64,000 nt of DNA from Octopus vulgaris (GCA_951406725.2 OX597816.1:165664001-165728000); one strand, 5' to 3'; counted from the stretch's first letter, positions 39,731 through 53,204 are shown. The notes: a model not told the origin generated them from the letters alone. Translations and numbers: made by a program.

Positions 39731-40336
39731 CTTTTCCTCATTACTATTAAGCATTAAGGTAATACAGTATTTGTTAAAACTTGTCCTTCCTGTTCTGTCT
39801 TTTTGCTTTTATTGTTCATTGTGTTTAAATAGTTAGATAGATACACTCAGTGTTTGCGTACAATAGACAGTTTTTATGCACCAATAGATGTTAACACAAT
39901 TCTTACACATTGCTAATGTCAATATATAAACAGTTGTAAGTCATGGAAACTCCATTGTTGATCAGTTCATAGTAAGAAATACTATTTTATAGAGTGAACT
40001 CTTTGAAGACGCATGGCTTGGTGGTTAGGGTAGTTGGTTTACAAACATGAGGTCAGGAGATCAATTCCTGGTAGTACATTATGCCCTTGAGCAAGACATT
40101 TTATTTCACATTGCTTCAGTATACTCAGCCAGCAGAAATGTGATGTACCTGTAATACTATAGGGACCAGCCCTGTGGTATTCTGTGTCATGCTGAATCTC
40201 TCCGAGAACTACGTTAAAGTTATGCATGTCTGTGGCGTGCTCAGCCACTTGCACGTTAATTTTATGAGTAAGCTGTTCTGTTGGTCAGATCAACTGGAAC
40301 ACTAGTCATCATATTGAGCAGAATGCCAAAAGTAAA

Positions 40337-41375
40337 TCATCATCATCGTTTAACATCCGCTTTCCATGTTAGCATGGGTTGGACAATTTGACTGAGGACT
40401 GGCGAACCAGAAGACTGCACCAGACTCCATTTTGATCTGGCAGAGTTTCTACAGCTGGATGCCCTTCCTAACGCCAACCACTCCGAGAGTGTAGTGGGTG
40501 CTTTTACGTGCCACCGGCATGAGGGCCAGTCAGGCGGTACTGGCAACGACCATGCTCAAATGGTGCTTTTTATGTGCCACCTGCACAGGAGCCAGTAAGG
40601 CGACGCAGGTAATGATCACACTCGAATGTGGTTTTTATACATGCCACTGGCACGGAGGCCAGCTTGTTGCTTTGGCAACGATCACACTCGTATGGTACTC
40701 TTAGCGCTCCACTAGCACGGATGCCAGTCATAAAATTTATTAATATTGATTTAACTGGGACTAATCACTCTTTCATGCTGGCATGGGACTGGACAGTTCA
40801 ACAGGAGCCAACAAGCCAGACGACTGCATCAAGCTCCGAGACATCTGGCTGAAGGAGCCATGCCAAAACATGGCTCCTACAGCTAGATGCCCTTCCCAAT
40901 GCCAGCCACTTTGCAAAGTGCACTAGCTGCTTTTTACATGGCACTAAAAGTCATCATCATCGTTTAACATCTGATTTCCATGCTGTCATGGGTTGGATGG
41001 TTTGACTGAGGTCTAGAAAGCCAGCGGCTGCCCCAGGCACCAATCTGATCTGGCAATGTTTCTACAGCTGGGTGTCCTTCCTAATGCCAACCACCCCAAG
41101 AGTGTAGTGGATGCTTTTTACATGCCATCAGCACAGCAGCCAGTCAGGTGGGCCTGGCATCAGCCATGGTCAGATAGTGCTTTTTATGTGTCGCTGGCAT
41201 GGGAGCCAGTCAGGCAGCCCTAGCATTGATCAAGTTTGGATAGTGCTTTTTACATGCCACCAACACGGGAGCCATTCAGGGAGCACTGGCCACGACCATG
41301 TTTGGATTATGGTTTTCATGTGTCACTGGCACAGGAGCCAGTCAGGTGGCACTGGTATCGACCACATTCGAATGG
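40337..41375 (-). mobile_element. Cluster of family C copies
   Basis: (CAT)n tails at 40337 and 40952, each followed by the core and ~55-bp subrepeats. Confidence 0.75.
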
Positions 41376-41977
41376 TGAGTTTCAAATGTTGACACAAGGT
41401 CAGCATTTTGGAGGAAAAGAGTAACTATGTCACTCAAAAGATGAAAGGTAAACTCAACCTTAGCAGAACCTGAAGTCTGAATGTGGAAAATAGGACAGAG
41501 TGTCACTAAGCATTTTGTCCAACAAGTTAAGGATTTTGACAGTTCCCACCGTAATAATGCTTCACATTTTTATTTTCTTTTATTGTTTTACTATCAGTCT
41601 CTTTTGCCAAACAGCAAAGTTACGGGGATGTAAACACACCAGCACTAGTTGCCAAGCAGTGGGAGGGGGGACAAAGACATGCACACACAGATATACATAT
41701 ATACGACAGGCTTCTTTCAGTTTCCGTCTACCAAATCCACTCATGGTTTTGGTCAGCCCGAGGCTATAGTAGCAGATACTTGCCCAAGATACTTGTCATG
41801 CAGTGAGATTGAACCTAAGATCATGTGGTTGAGAAATAAGCTTCGTACCACACAACCACTCCTGCGTCTATAATAATAATTATAATAATAATCTTTCTAC
41901 TCTAGGCACAAGGCCTGAAATTTATGGGGAGGGGGGTCAGTCGCTTAGATCGACCCCAGCACGCAACTGGTATTTAA

Positions 41978-42209
41978 GGCGGCGAGCTGGCAGAAACGTT
42001 AGCGCGCCGGGCGAAATGCGTAGCCGTATTTCGTCTGCCGTTACGTTCTCAGTTCAAATTCCGCCGAGGTCGACTTTGCCTTTCATCCTTTCGGGGGTCG
42101 ATAAATTAAGTACCAAGTTACGCACTGGGGGTCGATGTAATCGACTTAATACCCTATGTCTGTCCTTGTTTGTCCCCTCTGTACTACCCTTGTGGGTAGT
42201 AAAGAAATA
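41978..42209 (+). mobile_element. SINE family B inserted into an oppositely oriented family B copy (41893-42330)
   Basis: TSD GGTATTTAA at 41969-41977 and 42210-42218. Confidence 0.9.
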
Positions 42210-43216
42210 GGTATTTAATTTATCGACCCCGAAAGGATGAAAACCAAACTCGACCTCAGCGGAATTTGACCTCAGAACGTAAAGTCAGACGAAATACAGC
42301 GTGCTAACGATTCTGCCAGCTCACCGCCTTATTAATAATAACAAATTTTTATCATAAAAGTGAGTAAAATTCGTTTATTACTGCAGTTACGAAGCATGCA
42401 ACGTAACATAAATCACAATATGGTATATTCATAAAACTATTGTTTGTTTACTGTTACAGATGTAATGGTTTCGGATTTAAACTGGAGTAAAAAATGAGAT
42501 TGTGTAACATTCAATGCTTTTCTCTATGACTTACGTTCACGAGAGGGATTTGAAAATTAGTGAGAATGGAAACTGGATCTCAGAATCTATACACAATTAC
42601 GTTGTATTTATGTTTTGTATGTAGGTGTGTATATACGTGTTAGGTACGTATGTGCCCGAGTATCGATGCGTATGTTTGTGTGCAGGTGCGTAGATTTACA
42701 GATTCTTACATATCTCCAGTATGTGGTGCGCGTGTGTGTGACGTGATGGCAAGTGTCAAACATTAACACAGATGTTACACACGCACACTTTCTTTTTCCC
42801 TCTCTCGCTCTCACACACACACACACATTCTCCCTCTCACTCTCCCCTACACACACACACACACTTTCTCCCTCTCACTCTCCCCTACACACACACACAC
42901 ACTTTCTCTCTGAAAACTAGTAATACGTTGTCACATAAAACAAACGCAAATGAAACGGCGGCCTCTACGTGGTTACTTCATCTGCTAGAAACGATAGTCA
43001 CACCCCCTTAAGTCTTAAATTAAGGACACGCTGGGTAATACAGCCTTTGATGTACAAGAAGGGGTAGTCACGATCGGAGAAGAACGGGGGGGAGAGCTAA
43101 AGAACATCAATGTAAAAAAAACTAACTTAACATTTAAAATTCCTACGATGTCCACACAGACAAAAAACAAAACAGACCCGGAGGAAAACTATACGGGGAC
43201 TACTATATACCCCAAC

Positions 43217-43560
43217 TTCAGGCAAAATGACAAATAATGGCACCTTGGGCAAGTGTCTTCTACTATAGCCTCGGGCCGACCAAAGCCTTGTGAATGGATT
43301 TGGTAGACGGAAACTGAAAGAAGCCTGTCGTATATGTGTGTGTATATATATGTGTGTGTCTGTGTTTGTTCCCCCCAACATCGCTTGACAACCGATGCTG
43401 GTGTGTTTACGTCCCCGTCACATAGCGGTTCGGCAAAAGAGGCCGATAGAATAAGTACTGGGCTTACAACAGAATAAGTCCTGGGGTCGATTTGCTCGAC
43501 TAAAGGCGGTGCTCCAACATGGCCGCAGTCAAATGACTGAAACAAGTAAAGAAAAGAAAA
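43217..43560 (+). mobile_element. SINE family A, 5'-truncated
   Basis: Body and tail intact. Confidence 0.85.
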
Positions 43561-46500
43561 GAAGTAAAAAAAGATATAACGAAGGATCTTCTTGGGGGGT
43601 CACTCGATATACTAGAAATAGCGAAATAGCAGTTAAACCGCACCTTCTCGCGAAATGTTGCGGGCCTTGTGCCAATATTCGAAACTATTATTATTAATAT
43701 TAGTAACTTCTCTACACGTCTTAGCGTACGTAACCTCATATCATATCGTATTTACATCCTCGTTCTACTTGTAAAACATAAAAGAAACTACACTCCTTTC
43801 CCTTTCTTTAGCCTAAATTTATTTTTTTATGTAAACCCCACCAAGCTGCCCTCGTAACGTGCCCCCTCTCCTGACGCCCAGTGGCAAATAAAAAGCATTC
43901 ATCATAATTATCATTGCTTGTTTGGAGTCCTATATAAGTTGTGTGATGTAAACACGAAGACAGAAGAGATAAAATATTATTATGAATAGTAGCGCAAGCA
44001 GAGATATTATATTTTTAAAAATCACCACAACGTGTTTTATCACACTGGAACACGGTTGTGTGTGTGTATATATATATGTATATATATATATCTATAGTGT
44101 GTGTGTATCCTGCAATCTCAACACTTGTGGATTCGACATATCTTTGACACCGATTTTTTTCTTTCTCTCTCTCTCTCTCTCACACACATCTATATACATA
44201 GCTAAACAGACATATATGGATATGAACAGATAACACACATACTAATACTACAAATACATGTCTGTGTGTGTGTGTTATGTGTGTGTAATATGCATAGAAG
44301 ACCGAAGTTCAACTGAGTACTCAACACACGTGTTGGATAGAGTGGATGTTTAACTGTGAGTAAAAAGGACTCAAGGAGACCTGGTTCCGTATCAACAGGT
44401 CCAGCAATAACGATAGGGCTCGTATATATATATATAAGAGGGTGAGTCCTGCATTTATTACGTTGGCCCTACAGATGTGCGAGTGTGCTTAAATAAGGTC
44501 TTTACTTTAAAAGCGAGTTAAAGAACAGAATATTTACACTGATGGAGTGATTATACACTGAATGAGTAAAGTTGTGAAGATCAGAGTTGACTGGGACTTC
44601 GCTAAGTGTGTGTACATACACATTAACTCCCACTCTCTCTCTCTCACACGCACACACACGATTACGTAAGTACACATATACACGCATAACTAGACATATA
44701 TGGAGATGGACACACACATACACATGGTGATATAATGAACAAACACTACACCATATACAAAGTACTAGTCTTCCATATTTCGTTTATAAACTATAATACT
44801 TGGAAATATAAATTGTGTATATATATATATATATATACATACACATACATAATGTTCTGTCCCAATGTGCGTACACACATTTTCATGTCGAGTTATTAAT
44901 CAGTTCAACATTAAACTCGATAGTTTTTGGGTTTTTTTTTTTTTTTGTAGAGTATAGTTTTAGATGAAGAGGCGATGGAGGAGGTGTTGACAGTGACTCC
45001 GAAGTTTCGGCCTGTTAGCCTTGAGAAAGAGAAATACTTTCCCGAAGTATTGAAGTCTTCCATTAATTTGTGAATGCCCTTATCCCAGCCAACAAGCACA
45101 TCCCATATATATAAAAAAAAAAAGAGATCACTCAAATCCTCTGGTACACACAACATATCTAACACGACGTGTGTGTGAATGTATACACGCATTTATACAC
45201 ACAGAGATGTATTACAGTAGCTTATAACTTCTTTATAGAATATCATAAATAAACTACGAGTAAATAAGTATGTATTTGGATTATATAAGACCACTAACAT
45301 CGCTTATAGGATACATACATACGTGTGCGCACCAGACAGATTGATAGAGAGAGATGATAGGGAGATGATAAAGAGAGATGATAGAGAGATATGATAAAGA
45401 GAGATGATATGTATGTATGCATGCATGTATGCACACCATTAGCTGCTATTTGTTCGACCTTTCCTGTATAAATTAACTGTATTTAAAAGTACCAACATAC
45501 ACATACCATACACATGTATGTATTAACACGTAACATGCGCACACAACGTCGATAGATGTTTATCAGTTACAAGGGCAACCCAAATACCAACTAAAATGCT
45601 TCGGCAAAAAATAAACACGAGGTCCTGGACGTACTTCTGAAGTGCTTCAGTTACATATTGTATATACACAGGCACACAATGAATGGATTCGGTCGGTACA
45701 ATAGCTACGATATATATATATATATAACATGATAAACAATCAGTGCATAATAATTTTTCTTATTTAGGCATAAGTTTGAAAGGAAATTAGTCGCCAATGC
45801 TATCGATCTCACTACTTGACAGATCCTTTATTTAATCGATGTTTGAAAAGATGAAAGGCAAAAGTTGACCTCGGAGGAATTTGAACACAACGAGAAGAGC
45901 AGGAAGAAATACCGGAACAATAAGAATTTCTTTTACTTTGCCACAGAGGTATCAGATAAGAGGGGCATTCAAGGACAACTTAGAATTATTTTGTGTGGGC
46001 AATTTATATAAAAATATGAGAGAAAAAAAAGGGAAGCAGATAAGAGAATAAACTTTAAAATTTCGCACACAGCTAAGTTTTGAACGGAGGAGGGGAAAGT
46101 CGATTATATCAACCCTGATACTTATTGACCCTGAACAGATGAAAGTCGACCTCAGCAGAATTTGAGCTCAGAACACGAAGAGAACAAAATGTTAATCGTA
46201 TCGTCCGGTGTGCATACGATTCTGACAGCTCGCAGCCCCTAACAAGAAGGGAATAATAATAATAATAATTTCCTTTATTTGACACAGGGGGTATCTGATA
46301 AAGAGGGTACGAGACCTCAAATTTGGAGTCTACAGAACTGACTGTGTAGAGTCAATACTTGACAGCTTTTGTTTTTTATCGATTTTCAACAAAACCCTCC
46401 CCCCTCGCCAGCCACCCAGTGTTTGACCCGGTTGGATGATGGTGCAAAGTCGTCCACAGCAATAACATGTAAACGTGTGCGACAACATTGCACAGCTGGA

Positions 46501-47372
46501 ATTTGTCCGACGCTCTACCTCTCTTTCCAATCGACACCTTCATTAACCTGGCCCTTCATCATAAACTATCAGCTTATTTTTGGACTTCTTTACCAATCTC
46601 ATTTTATCTATTTTCTAACTTTTCACAAATCTTAACTCTTTACCTGTGCAAAGGAAATATATCCCATGCATCACATACGATACACTTTCTCAATCTTTTT
46701 CAACCACCAGATTAACTTTATATCACTTAGAACGTATAACACAAGTGCTAAAAGTCTTAAAATAAAGATGAACGTTTTAGAGAAACTTATGGAAATGCTT
46801 TATAAAAAAAACAAGGTGTTTAATGGCTTGGAGTGATAGAAAACGCTAAAATATAGAACGAACATGCCTTCCCGTATTTAACTACAACCACTTAAGCTGT
46901 ATGTTCAAATCCCTCCAAGGTTAACTTTATCTTTCGTCCTTTCGGGGTTTGATAAAATGTCAGTAAAAGTACTAGGGTCAAAGGCATCGACGTATGCCTC
47001 ATCTCAAAATTATTGGATCTATGCCTATAAATACCACGAAACGTAACTAACAGGGTGGCGAATCGTGTGAGCATAGGGCCGAAAACCGTGGAGGGGTATT
47101 TGCTTCTAGTGTTTACGATCCGATTTCAAATACTGCCGAGGACAACTATGCTTTTTATACTTTCTGGGTCGATGAAATAAAGTAGGAGTAAAATATTGAG
47201 ATCTGTTAACCACTAACCAATTCTTGTAAATAAAAAAAAATCTGGTGTTCGTTAGAAAAACAACTGTTACAATCACCCAACTACAAGAAAGTTGATTTGC
47301 CCTACAGACTATTGAAATGCAAACCATGTAAATACACAAGCGGGAAACAAGAATTTAGTGTGTGTGCGTATG

Positions 47373-47417
<45 letters not shown>

Positions 47418-47596
47418 ATACAGTTATAATGGGCCCGTGAACGGTACCCGCTAAACAACCTGTTCAACTTAAATACGTAACCTTACAAGTAACCCTTTAA
47501 CACAAAGAGAATATAAAAGGTTCTGAGTGTAAAGTACTAAGACGAGAGAGAAAGAGAGAAGGTTGTAGTTATGTTCATTATATAATGACGAATACA

Positions 47597-47645
<49 letters not shown>

Positions 47646-48770
47646 GTATGGGTATACACAAATATATATATCTCCATATACACCTATATAACTATACATA
47701 CATACACATACACGTTTATTGTTCCCCTCACCTGTCTGTCTTACTTTTATTTTTGGTCAATTTTGAACCATAAATGTATGTTAAAAAAATTTCTTTCACA
47801 TATCTATACACAGACACACATACATTCATGTATACATACACGTACCTGTATAAATAAATTATACATACACACATCCATATACACATATGTACGCAAATAC
47901 ATACACACACACACATGCTATACACGCAGGCAGTCATACACACGAATGTAGAAAATTAAAAAAAAATTTCTCCGTGCACTTTTATGTCCAACTCTATTAA
48001 TTACCCCACATTTCTTGTTCGGTAAAGTTAGGAACATTTACGCATATTTCGACATAAATATTTCATAATTCACACAAGCAAAAGTTACCATGTGTTTTTA
48101 TCATGTTTCTATAATGATTTCCGTTTGAAATTTAGTTTAGCGAGATTTATGTATTAAATAACATTTAAAAAAACATCATAAGGTATATAAATTAATGATA
48201 AATGTCCCAGCTCAGGCATTTAAAATATGCGAATGAATTAAAAAGTTTCCTTCGTGAAATGACGTTTTGTTCTGTCACGATTTTAATTACTAAGTAGTCA
48301 GTTAATTAAAACTACATGCCTTGTTTTTTTTTTTAGTTTTTTCTTTTGTCCCACTTTTTTTACAATTATATGCACGTACAGAAATATATATACACGTGTA
48401 TAATTAATAATACATAATATATATATGCATATATAAAATAAAAATATGATTATATATGTATATACAAATGTATATATATATATATATATATATACAATTT
48501 GTATATATATATACAATTTATTAGACTTTTACCAATATATAAAAACATTTACATACACGTTTTGTTACATACATAACACATATATACTTTATTACGTACA
48601 CAATATATACATTTTATTAGACATATACACACACATTTTATTACATATATATATACATATATACACATTCAATTACACACACACACATATATATATATAT
48701 ACACTCCATACACACTTGTTCGTATGTGTGCTTTTTCTAAGCAAAAATTCAGTAAGTGTATTCTTCTTAC

Positions 48771-48875
48771 CCTGTTAGCACGATCAGTTTCTGAATGCTT
48801 CAGACCAAAATTAAGAACTTTAGAATGTTGTGATACAATGCCAAGAGGCTCAATTTCCATGCCCGGCTCCGACAT
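48771..48875 (-). CDS. Putative first coding exon of an unidentified gene (MSEPGMEIEPLGIVSQHSKVLNFGLKHSETDRANR)
   Basis: AAAATG context, 35 codons of unique sequence, phase-0 AGG|GTAAGA donor, CpG-rich, E-box palindrome about 20 bp upstream. Confidence 0.6.
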
Positions 48876-48894
48876 TTTCGGAGTCCGATGTTAA

Positions 48895-48904
48895 GTCACG
48901 TGAC
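48895..48904. promoter_or_regulatory. GTCACGTGAC palindrome (CLEAR/USF-type E-box)
   Basis: Exact 10-bp consensus next to the putative ATG; function inferred. Confidence 0.55.
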
Positions 48905-49009
48905 AATCAGTCCTGTTCGAACAACGAATGTTTTTACTCTCAGATGAGTGAAAGGGAGAGGAAGCGAAATAGAGGGAGTGAGAAAAAAAGTCAGAGAGAA
49001 ACTATAATG

Positions 49010-49660
49010 TGAGAGTGAGGGTGAAAAATAGATAGTCATGATGTGACGAGGTAGGGGCGAGGGAGAATAGAAAGTAATGATTGAAGAGTGAGAGTGTAAG
49101 ATACTGTTAGAAAGGCTATGAGAAAAGACAGAGGGAGAATTTAGAGAAAGTAAAGTGTGAGCGTATAAAATACTGATAGAAAGACAGAGGTGAGTGAAAA
49201 GGGGGAAATTAAGAGGAAGTAAAAACTAGAGAGTGAGAGTGTGAGATAAAAGACAGAAAGATAAAGAAAATAGTGAGGGGAATAGTGAAAGCGTGGTACT
49301 GATAAAGAGATACATAGAGAGGGGGAAAATTAAAAAGTAAAAGTATACGAATGAGAGTGTGGTACACAGATAGAAAGACTGATGAAACAGAGGAGGGAGA
49401 TTGAGAGAAGGAAAAAGAGTAAAAAGTGTGATACACCGAGAAAAAAGCTAACAAAACAGAGAAGGAGAATGAGAGCAAAGAAAAGTAAGAGTAAAAACGT
49501 GGTAGACAGATAGAAAGACTATAAAAAAACAGTGGATGAGGGAAAGGGAAAAGAAAGAGTAAACGTATAGTACACAACTAGAAAGACTAATAAAACAGAG
49601 GGAGGGTGATAGAAAGAAAGAGAAAAACGAGGGTAAAAAGTGATAGCACGATAAAGAGAA
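49010..49660. repeat. Purine-rich degenerate ~60-70 bp tandem repeat
   Basis: Recurring GAGTAAAAAGTGTGGTACACAGATAGAAAGACT-like motif in a GA-rich tract. Confidence 0.6.
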
Positions 49661-49958
49661 GGTCCGAAAGCCGGTTACTTCCACCTAGCTTTCAAACTTT
49701 TCACCAGGTTGTGCCACGATCTATTGCAATTTTTGCAATTTTCTATTCTTGCTATTAATCTATCTTAATAAATACTTCAGTCCTGGATGCAGAACGCCTT
49801 AGGTAGAAACTATTCCAGCTGTACCAACATTCTAAAATTTCGTCCCTGCCCATTTCTGCCGCAGTCCACCTCTATCAACCTCGTCAATCTTATCGGGATT
49901 GACGGCCACTCAAAGACTATGAGGCACCTCCTTTCCCAGACCAAACTTTTAAAAAGTA

Positions 49959-50018
49959 TTGACTTGGTTACCTGTCAAGTGACAGGTTTTGACCAAGTTA
50001 CCTGTCATGTGACAGTCA
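49959..50018. promoter_or_regulatory. 30-bp dimer carrying CTGTCAAGTGACAG and CTGTCATGTGACAG palindromes (E-box/M-box-like)
   Basis: Motifs at 49974-49983 and 50004-50013, exactly 30 bp apart. Confidence 0.35.
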
Positions 50019-50056
50019 ACTTTGGAAGTACACTTTTACTGTCATTTTTTTTTATA

Positions 50057-50455
50057 TAGGAGTGGCTGTGTGGTAAGTGGCTTGCTTACCAACCACATGG
50101 TGCCGTGTTCAGTCCCACTGCGTGGCACCTTGGGTAAGTGTCTTCTACTATAGCCTCGGGCCGACCAAAACCTTGTGAGTAGATTTGGTAGACGGAAACT
50201 GAAAGAAGCCCGTCGTATATATGTATATATATGTGTGTGTGTGTGTATGTTTGTGTGCCTGTGTTTGTCCCCACAACATCGCTTGACAACCGATGCTGGA
50301 GTGTTTACGCCCCTGTAACTTAGCGGTTCGGCAAAAAGAGACCGATAGAAAAAGTACCGGGCTTACAAAGAATAAGTCCTGGGGTCGATTTGCTCGACTA
50401 AAGGCGGTGCTCCAGCATGACCACAGTCAAAATGACTGAAACAAGTAAAAGAGAG
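50057..50455 (+). mobile_element. SINE family A, full-length
   Basis: Head, body and tail; tail-to-tail with a minus-strand relative at about 50470-50710. Confidence 0.9.
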
Positions 50456-50977
50456 AGAGTAATATAATTTATCTTTTATTTGTTTCAGTCATAAGACTAT
50501 GGCCATGCTGGATCACCGCCTTTGAAGAATTTTTAGTCGAATAAATCGACTTCAGGACTTCTTTTTTCTTTAAATACTGGTACTTATTCTATCGGTTTAG
50601 TTTGCCGAATCGTTAAGTTACAGGTACGCAAACACATCAACAGTCAAGCGATAAAGCTGGACAAATACACACACGTATATGTATACATATTCAAAGGAAA
50701 GAAGCCTGTCATGTATGTATGTATGTATGTATGTATGTATGTATGTATGTATGTATGTATGTGTGTATGTATGTATGTGTGTGTGTATGGCTTTATTCAG
50801 TCTTATTTCAAGATTTCTTGCCAACAGAGAAAGAACCGGTTTCTAGCCTAGATCCAAAGTTCCTTCATTGGAATTTCAACATCAACAACAGGGTATTTTT
50901 GTATGTATGTATGTATGTATGCATGTATGTATGTATGTATGTATGTATGTATGTATGTATGTATGTATGTATGTATG

Positions 50978-51168
50978 TAGGGAGAGTTTACGAAAAAAAC
51001 AAAAGACGAAGACAGGTGGTGTACAAAACAAACAGATGTATTAGTATAACGCTCAGGAATAGAAAAAGTCTTTTACGTTTCGAGCCTAAGCTCTTCTACA
51101 GAAAGGGACACAGAAAAAACAAGGAGAGAAAAAAATGTGTGTATTGGCTAACGATCTATCATGGCGAC
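50978..51168 (-). mobile_element. PLE pLTR-like element in (TATG)n carrying a hammerhead variant (51070-51105)
   Basis: Minus strand reads CTTT-CTGTAGA-a-GAGC(ttag)GCTC-GAAA-CG-TA-AAAG; inverted sister copy at 53618-53820. Confidence 0.75.
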
Positions 51169-51192
51169 TATGTATGTATGTATGTATGTATA

Positions 51193-51388
51193 TCAAGTTG
51201 TTGGATCAGGTAATGAATGTCACGGAGAGGGTCACAGCCCAACTAATTAGGGAGAGAGTCAGTTTAGATGAGATGCAGTTTAGGTTCGTGCCAGTGAAAA
51301 GCGCCACTGATGCCATATTTCTAATAAGACAGCTCTAGGAGAAATACCTAGTCAAAAATAAACCTCTGTACCTGGCATTCGTTGACAT
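51193..51388 (+). mobile_element. RTE-clade LINE reverse transcriptase fragment
   Basis: IKLLDQVM..ERV..EMQFRFVPVKSATDAIFLIRQL*EKYLVKNKPLYLAFVD. Confidence 0.9.
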
Positions 51389-51891
51389 CGACCCCAATAC
51401 GCAACTGGTACTTAATTTATCGACTCCGAAACGATGAAAGTCAAAGTCGACCTCGGCAGAATTTGAACTGAAAACATGAAGACAGACGAAATACCGCCAC
51501 GCATTTCGCCCGGCGTGCTAACGCTTCTGCCAGCTCACCGCCTTTTCTGTCTTTTACTTCTATCAGTAGACTGTGGCCGTACTGGAGCATCACATTGAAA
51601 AATTTATGTCGAATCGGCCTACTGTTTATTTTCTTTTTAAGGTATTTATTGTTATCAGTCTATTTTATTGAACCACTAAGTTACGGGGACGTAAACGCAC
51701 CAACGCAGGTTGTCGAGCGATGGGGTGACAAACACAGACACAAAAACACGCACATACATACGTATATACACACACACATACATATTTACATATATGAGCA
51801 TATATATGTGTGTGTGTGTGTGTGTGTGTTAAATAAAATAACAAGGTCAAGGCAATTTGATATTCCTAGGGCATTTATAAATAGAAAGGTG

Positions 51892-51939
51892 GTTTTACAG
51901 CTGTTTCAGGGAAATAAATGATGTCCCTTCATCAGAGAC
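51892..51939 (-). ncRNA. Type I hammerhead ribozyme
   Basis: Minus strand reads GTCT-CTGATGA-AGGGA...TCCCT-GAAA-CAGCTG-TA-AAAC (one stem I mismatch). Confidence 0.7.
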
Positions 51940-52107
51940 GAGTTAAAAGAGCTTCAATAGAAAGAAGCTATTCTGGAGAGGGAGTGATATACAAGAAATT
52001 AGATAGAATGCAGAAAGTATAAAAAGAAAATATGAAGATAAAAATACATGCTGGATGTTTAAAGCTTGCTGTTCCTTTATCCAAGAAATGTGTTGTGTAG
52101 AGGTATG

Positions 52108-52142
<35 letters not shown>

Positions 52143-52248
52143 TCTTAGAAACTTCTAAGCTGAAGTGTCTGTCTTCTTACCTTCTTGGAGAATTTAAATA
52201 AAATTATACAAATGTGTCGACTGATTAAATTAATCTATTTATTCATTT

Positions 52249-52336
52249 ATGCAACTGAGGATAGCCCTGCATTTAAATTGATGTAATGATTGCATTGTTC
52301 AATTAAATGGAGTCGCTTGAAACGTTCGTACTGCAT
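52249..52336 (+). ncRNA. Type I hammerhead ribozyme with long hairpin stem II
   Basis: ATGCAA-CTGAGGA-TAGC...CATTTAAATTGA..TCAATTAAATG...GCTT-GAAA-CGTTCG-TA-CTGCAT; predicted cleavage after 52330. Confidence 0.7.
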
Positions 52337-52363
52337 CACCTCTGGATATCCTGTTGCTTATTT

Positions 52364-52444
<81 letters not shown>

Positions 52445-52447
52445 TTT

Positions 52448-52501
52448 ATTTTCTGATTATTTTAAATTATATAAATATATAATTTAAAATAATCAGAAAA
52501 T
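52448..52501. repeat. AT-rich perfect palindrome (26-bp arms, 2-nt spacer)
   Basis: ATTTTCTGATTATTTTAAATTATATA-aa-TATATAATTTAAAATAATCAGAAAAT. Confidence 0.9.
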
Positions 52502-52782
52502 CGAAAAAACATTTGATCAACAAACAAACAAATGAATTATTTTTTAATACAAAACATAACGTAACATTAAATAACTTATGTAATGTTAAGTTTTCTCCAT
52601 TTTATGATTATTTAAATTTGATTCCTGATAAATTTTCCTTATTCAGTTTTTACCTGTACCCTATGAGCATAGTGTGCTTGCATACCCATGCCCAGGGATA
52701 TCATAGTTAAATGATACCGGTACTAAGAACGGATACTCTTATGCCTTAGATGGTTATTTCCAACTGCTAATTTTGCTTAGCT

Positions 52783-52841
<59 letters not shown>

Positions 52842-52843
52842 GC

Positions 52844-52878
<35 letters not shown>

Positions 52879-53035
52879 TATATATATATACGCCTATATA
52901 TGAGATAATGGTGTCATTGAGACCCAAAGATGTCAGGTAATGCTGAATAAGGTGCTATAGACAGACTATAGCTAAGTTCCAGATTCGGTAATATTGGGAA
53001 TAAAGAGTTCAACGTTGGTTCTATGTCAACGTGTG

Positions 53036-53147
53036 TATATAAGAATTTTTTGCGTAATATGATAAAAAAAAACCCAAGGCTGTGTAGATATTAGAGCATT
53101 TATAAATGCTCCACAGCTTTTTTTTTTATCTTATTACGCAAAAAATT

Positions 53148-53155
<8 letters not shown>
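53036..53155. repeat. Foldback hairpin element next to (TA)n
   Basis: Outer arms TATATAAGAATTTTTTGCGTAATA.GATAAAA and its reverse complement; inner GAGCATTTATAAATGCTC palindrome. Confidence 0.85.

Positions 53156-53204
<49 letters not shown>

Noticed and set aside
42536-42586. Minus-strand AG...GTAAGT-bounded segment
   Set aside because: Stops in all three frames; could only be non-coding, with no further support
43645-43656. TCTCGCGAAA resembling the TCTCGCGAGA promoter motif
   Set aside because: Imperfect match, adjacent to a dispersed repeat fragment
48771-48875. Assigning the gene symbol MITF/TFEB
   Set aside because: Similarity is only a few residues, and no bHLH-ZIP exons are visible in the window
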